This document shows, in pieces, positions 30,368 to 36,270 of a stretch of 36,270 bases of DNA. The notes beneath the pieces are model-generated. The model worked only from the letters and a program-made list of their open reading frames with translations, did no database searches and had not been told where the DNA came from. The position numbers and the translations under genes are program-made. Origin of the DNA: Raillietiella orientalis (taxonomy: Eukaryota). The stretch is from assembly GCA_036172245.1 (NCBI GenBank), contig JAYWIR010000009.1, positions 5,084,001-5,120,270 of the forward strand, read 5' to 3'. Numbering within the stretch: position 1 is the stretch's first letter; each line of letters begins with the position of its first letter.

Positions 30368-32269
30368 GTAAGTATTGCATTAAAATTCATCTTGATTGTA
30401 TTATATGTACATGTTTTGTGTTTAATTGAAAGTTTGTAACTTACTAAGGTGAAATAAATTCATAATGCAAATGTGGATGTATACATGCTTACTGACCCAA
30501 GAAACGTTGATTAGCAAATTATAAATACTGATATACTTGTTATTTCTTTCTATTGTAGTTGCCTTTTGGAGATTTACAGAGTCGAAAGTATTGTATACAT
30601 ACAAAATCCCGTTCGTGAGAACATAGTGTACCGTATTCACTGGTTGCAGTATGCGGTTAAATCTATGTTTTGGTTATTACAGAAGCAAAATCTGTGCTAA
30701 ATATTGATGCAGTTACATTGTATTAAATGTTGGGTTTTTCTTTACACTAGCTAGTCAATTCTATTGCATTTCTGCTACAAAATAAGCGTATTTCCATACT
30801 CCTACTGCTGAAGAGGTGGATAACTTTCCAATTAGTAGAATTCTGGCTATATTCATTTGTTGTTCATAGGACTAACTGATCAAACTTGTTAAATACGTTT
30901 GTGGATCCTGGGCGATTGAACTTTTATATGTTAAATTTTCATTGCCGTAATTGACTGTTTACCTCATGCTTCTTAAAAGGCTTCGATTCCGTCCGTCCTC
31001 ATGAGTGTCATTTATAAAAAAAATATGAAATAAATAAGTTTTTTACATTTAACGACTCCGCAGGAGTTCATAGTTTTTTTGTCTGCAACAGATAACAGTC
31101 ATATGTTGTGAAAATTTTCAGTGATGGAACCAATATTTAATTAAAAAATTAAACAACGCAGGAATCATTCATTTGGGGGATTGTTGCATTTTCGTAGATT
31201 TTAATGATGGAGCTGATCACTGTTTTGTAGATAGCTGTGCAACTGCGATTTCTTATGTTGTTACATAATTTGTAATTTTGAATTTGTTTACTTTTCTATG
31301 ATCCAATTAATTCTGAGACTCGATAAGCATTTTGATGTTTGGAAATGTTTTCCTGTCTGGAGTTTATTATACCTGAAATTGAATTGCCAAAAAAAAGCAA
31401 AAACCCTTCTACTCTGGAAAGAAAAAAAAGACATACTATAAAAACACAAAGAATAACAGAGAAGAGAAGTAAAAAAGTCATATGCATGTCTCAGTATTTT
31501 TGTTATCACTAAGAAACTGATGTTCCTTCAGAGAAGGATCGTGGGAAAATTCTGAAGTAGTTTCCTTTTACCTTGTTTTCAAATATGTATCCAGAAATTA
31601 TGGGTACTTGTTTTGAAGCATTATTGTAGCCACATTATAATTTTGTTCATTAGAATGTTATCACCAAAAGATGCATTGACCAAATTTTCTTGATCTCCTT
31701 TTACCAAAGTACACTTATTATCGTAGTGTTGGAGATTTTGAAAAATACATATTTAAACAAGCTCAAAGTATTTGAAATGCAATGCTAAACGAATCTCAGT
31801 TTTCATTCTCACAAGTGAATGTGTTTAACAGGTATAATATTGAAACAACAATTGTGGTAGATTTCATTCACTAGATGTAAGCATAATAAAAGAAATAGCT
31901 CCATGATTCTGTAATTTTTTTTTAATTAAATGCAACCGTTTTTTTGTATTTTTCTGAACATTTATAGGTTTTACATTTTAAAGGTGTTGCTTTCATATGT
32001 ATTCCTTGTCTTTATTTATATTGAAAAATTGCCATTTTGGTTGAACTTGAAAAGCAGGTGTGGTTGTGTATATCCAGTTTCCAGGATTGGCAATATTTCA
32101 TATGTCTCCATTTGATTATTGTTGTTTTTTTACTGTTTTAATATTTTAAATAAATTTATTGCAAACTCATTAATTGAACAATTTTGAATGTGTTTATTTT
32201 TTATCTTCCATCACTATGCTTGAGTACTACTACAAAGCCATTTTTTGTAATCACATGCTTTTTAAATAG

Positions 32270-32386
32270 GATCAGCAGTTTATTCAGTCCAGTACAAAAG
32301 AAACAAGTATTAGCAATGTGACTTCAATGCAGAATACGTCATATGTGAACTGCAAGCCTTTAAATAAGAGTAATGCTGCTGTTGAA
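32270..32386 (+). CDS. TXNDC15: TXNDC15-like gene, coding exon 2
   Basis: TTTTTAAATAG acceptor, open 39 codons (DQQFIQSS..VNCKPLNKSNAAVE), GTAAGT donor. Phase 0/0 fits exons 1 and 3. Confidence 0.7.
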
Positions 32387-32497
32387 GTAAGTGAATTTCT
32401 GAATTGCAGATGCCACATACTTTTATATTAAAAACAAGTATACAGAAAAATCTACATTTTTTTTCTTCAAAGAATGCAGTATGTTAAAATATTCATC

Positions 32498-32580
32498 CCA
32501 AGACCTTCATACATTTCATAGCTTTGTAACTACATGTATTTTCAAATTTCAATTTCAATATCGTAACATGAAGAATGCAT
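32498..32580 (+). repeat. 83-bp dispersed repeat, copy 2 (intron 2)
   Basis: Direct copy of 29705-29787. Confidence 0.85.
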
Positions 32581-33862
32581 TTAGCATGTTATGTATTAAA
32601 AAAGTGTTTCCAAATTCTGGTATGCCTTTATGCATAGTTAAGTAGTGTTTGGAACTTGTTCTTGGGGTCCACCATTCTTGCTATACAAAATGACCACTGT
32701 CAATGCATGTGTTATTTGCTGTATACTATAATGCACTGATCATTTTTCACTGGTGCTGTTTGCCGATTTAAAACTTAGGGATGGTTGTCGATCATATGGC
32801 ATATTTTATTTTTTGTTTTTCATTTGCACCTTTCATGATAATTATGCTATGGAAGGTTCTTGTGTCAGTAAAACAACAAAAAAAATACAAGATTTAAATT
32901 CCGATATGATTCTTTTCCATAGTCCACACAAATAATGACACTCAAAAGATTAACATAGCATATGTTTGCCATTAAGATGAAAACCTGCACTTACATTATG
33001 ATTGTTCACTGTAATGCTAAGTCTTTGACATATCTGTTCTGGAAAAATGCACATAAATGATCCGTAGCATTTTGTTTTTCATTATTACTGGTCAAAAAAA
33101 AATTTTCTGAATCATTTGAATGCACGTTCAAAGAATCTTTTTGCATATCTACCAAAAATGGTGTACAAGAGAAGTGCTCATTTCATATAGATTTTGTTAT
33201 CAATGTGATAGTTTTGTTGTCAGTAATCAGGATTTCTCTAATTATTGCAACCAAAGATTATTGATGAACTGGAACTTGGACAGTTGAGAATATGGGCTAA
33301 GATTAGAACATTTAAAACATGTCATTCTTTTTGTATTATTAATGCCACTGACTTGATGTTCGTGTGCCTCAGGATTTGTTATGTCAAATGTTTTTCCACC
33401 TTTAATCATCTTCGCATTTGTGTTGCTTATTGCTAATGCAAACGTTCATATTTCATTCCCGATTATTCATAGTCAAGTGATTTTATAAACTTACTACAAG
33501 CATATTTTTATGTGACTTCATTTATTTTTATACCAGATCATTATTTCAAAGCATTTTTCAAGATTATGATTCATGTTCTATATTAGAAACGACTACTAGA
33601 CATTGTGTTGCAATACTAGTAATTCTTCTATGAAGTTACTTGAAAATTTAAAATACACAGTATATCTCCAATTTTAGTAACTTGATAACGTCAGTGAACT
33701 AATAAACCAATCTTTGCATCAATGACAGATGATGTTTTCGAATTTAAGCTTTGAAATGTTACAGTAGCATTGATAGAGGGTGAACTTAATAAATGTTTGA
33801 AATTTATGCTAGTTAAGTGAACTTCATCATAGATAAGTACTCTTAAGGGTGTTTATTTTTAG

Positions 33863-34065
33863 ATTGTGGATGGAAGCCAAATTTTAAAAGTTTTAAAAGT
33901 AGAAACTAACAACTCTAGCCGATCAGACCCCTCTACATGTTATGTGATCTTATATTTTGCAAAATGGTCTGAATTTAGTGTGAAAGCAGGACCACAATTT
34001 AATGCTCTTGCTAGAGCATTTCCAGATATAAATATGTTAGCATTGGATATTGACGGGAACTATAA
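33863..34065 (+). CDS. TXNDC15: TXNDC15-like gene, coding exon 3 (N-half of the thioredoxin-like domain); no later exon found in the window
   Basis: TTTTTAG acceptor. CYVILYFAKWSEFSVKAGPQFNALARAFPDINMLALD resembles the recalled TXNDC15 motif LFYTPWCRFS..APHFNSLPRAFP..FLALD. GTAAGT donor at 34066. Confidence 0.85.
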
Positions 34066-34902
34066 GTAAGTAGATACTCTTATTTTGTCACAGAACATAA
34101 AGGGTATGGTTAAAACGTATTGTATTGATGCATCATCTATGAAAAACAATGCCGTACTCTCAGATTATGTAATAATACAATGTGCATATAATGTTTTTTT
34201 GAAACAAAGTGCTTATGCAAATCAAAGAATAAAGATAGCACCAGATTATCAAATAATAACCAAAAATCTTACTTTTTTTCTTCGTTCCTTGTAATCTATT
34301 TTAATTTAGGAAGCAGCCTGTTCTCACATCATTTGATTCGTTTCATTCGCATTTATTCCTAATTTTAAATAATAATCTCGCTTTTGAGATCATATTATTT
34401 ATCTCATATTTCTATTATAGTACTGACCTTTCACATGTCGTACAGTTATTTTTGAAGTAGTTTCATCCTATGAAAAATGGATTTAATTAATATTATTTCG
34501 ATCATGACATAACCTTACATGCAGATTTGCTGGTTTTGATTCAGTATGTTGCTATTGCAAGGAAATACACCTCTGATGTTCACTGAAAAGTAAGCATTCT
34601 CTTAAGTACGAAATGAGATTACCCCAAAATTACTTTTCTTTTTTTCGGTCTTTTCTGTAATCCAAACAGTATTCCAATCTCAAAACTTCATTTGTGAATT
34701 TCTTGAGAAATTCGAAGTTAGACAACATCCTTATTGAGTAAAGTTATGCAAAGTATTATAATTAATGGATTCAGCAGTTAATTTCCAGTGTATTAAAAGA
34801 ATCCTAAAGTTAGTTGCCAATCGAATTTTTTTGTCTCTTATTAATCATTCATGAGTAGTAAGGATTCATGCAGCAAGACTTTGAATAAATTTTCATTAAA
34901 AA

Positions 34903-34922
34903 ACACACACACACACACACAC
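34903..34922 (+). repeat. (AC)10 microsatellite
   Basis: Read directly from the sequence. Confidence 0.9.
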
Positions 34923-36270
34923 CCAAAACTTCTTCTTCAAGGTTCAATTGTCTTGGGGGGATAATGTAAGCATAATCAGACTTCAAATGTGAAATATCAA
35001 CTGTGGGCAAATGAAGTCGAATTGAACCTTGAGTTCCGTTTTTCAAAACAAAATACTTAATAACATCAAATTGTTGATGGCATAACGGCATGATTAATTT
35101 GAAATTTCATAAGCAGTGCACCAAGTGGAATATTGAAAAGATTAATGCTATCAAAAAAAATGCTTACCTAAAGCTAGTGGTAATCATCAAAAGTTTCGTC
35201 CTTTCTTATTTGGTCATGGAAACAAGTTTTCAGTTTTCAGAAATTTTGCATCAATAGAAAGTTCAGGCTTGTTTTCTGCATAGAAGTCTTTCTCATGGAT
35301 TTCTGTAAGAGATTCTAAAATGTGTGTCAGGTGTTTGGATAAAATTTTCAGGACTGATTTATAGGTTTCTCAGTCATTGTGCATTCCAAGTGTTCAGAAT
35401 GGTAATATGTCCTATGAGTCATGAGACAAACCAGTGAGGACTAATTAACGAAGAAATTTATCGTAAAAGTGACTGCCCAGAGTTTAAAATGGAGACATTC
35501 AAAAGTTACTTTTTCATCAATAGTATTGGCTTATAGGGATTGTTTTCCTTTTATTTGGACTTCTGTAAGTCACTGTTGTAACAATTGGGTTGGAGGTGGC
35601 AAATTCCAAAGAACATCCATCCGTAGAATAAGCTTCTCGATAAAAATGTATTTGTAATTGCTGTTTTTCTTACTTTAAGTTTTTTAAAAGTTCGTGTTAG
35701 ATTACGAAAGTAAATGCTTTATTTTTTTCCCCCTCATTGCATTCTTTGTTTTCAGTAATTGAGGACAGGGTTGTACGTTTTTTTTTTTCCGCTTCCATAT
35801 ATTTTACATAATTTTGCTTTCAAAGAAATTTACTTCGGTATATTTTTTGGAGCTTTTTAGTAATATCTGAGACTATTTGCATTTTAGTACAGATTTTAGT
35901 ACATTTCTTCTGGGGTACTTGGAATTTAGAATAGAATGAACATGAACAAAGCCTATAATTCCTGAAAAAGTGAAGCATTCTCAATACTTGTACGATGCAT
36001 TTATTGGGAAAATACAAGAAATGATATTTTGTATCTTGCACCCTGGCTTTCCTTTTCAGAATCATGAAATAGTCAACTTGGTTTCTTTTGGTTAATGACG
36101 TGTGTCAGAGTTTTTTTTTTTTTTTTTATAACTATGTCGAATCACTTGAAAGTAATGAAAGTGGATTATTTAACCTTAAAGTTTGAGTATTTATCAGTAA
36201 TTATTTATGTCTGATGGATGAAATCCAGGATCAAAAATTGAGTTGATGCCCTCAAATGTGATTTTTATAC

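Noticed and set aside
35740..35775. TTTTCAG acceptor as TXNDC15 exon 4
   Set aside because: The required phase gives an immediate stop and no thioredoxin continuation.
1..36270. Prokaryotic RT systems (retron, DGR, group II intron), CRISPR arrays, tRNA/rRNA/snRNA targets
   Set aside because: The RTs carry an APE, CCHC ORF1 and C-terminal CCHC typical of LINEs, and the context has spliceosomal introns. No repeat-spacer array or structural RNA gene was recognised at any junction.

Overview
Eukaryotic genomic DNA, probably from an invertebrate (arthropod-like, inferred). It has three zones. (1) 1-15273 is a GC-rich, almost gap-free nested cluster of at least 8 pieces of one family group of Tx1/L1-clade non-LTR retrotransposons (ORF1 with two CCHC knuckles; ORF2 with APE endonuclease, RT and C-terminal CCHC). 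The pieces lie in both orientations and interrupt one another. They share a conserved 5' motif and a poly(A)-less 3' end made of two hairpins around AATAAA. (2) 15274-~28400 is a mosaic of decayed captured sequence. It holds a near-complete endogenous CRESS-DNA (circular ssDNA) virus with a nanovirus/alphasatellite-like Rep and a convergent Arg-rich capsid. The virus sits between two same-strand Tx1 ORF2 pieces, in frame with the endonuclease on the left and ending at a TATTATTA nonamer-like site on the right. Also here are a GC-rich intronless Closca/Nasrat/Polehole-like gene fragment, an internally deleted Tx1 copy and unidentified coding-like relics. (3) ~28400-36270 is AT-rich host DNA with the first three coding exons of a TXNDC15-like gene. 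All assignments come from manual translation and motif recognition; no searches were run.
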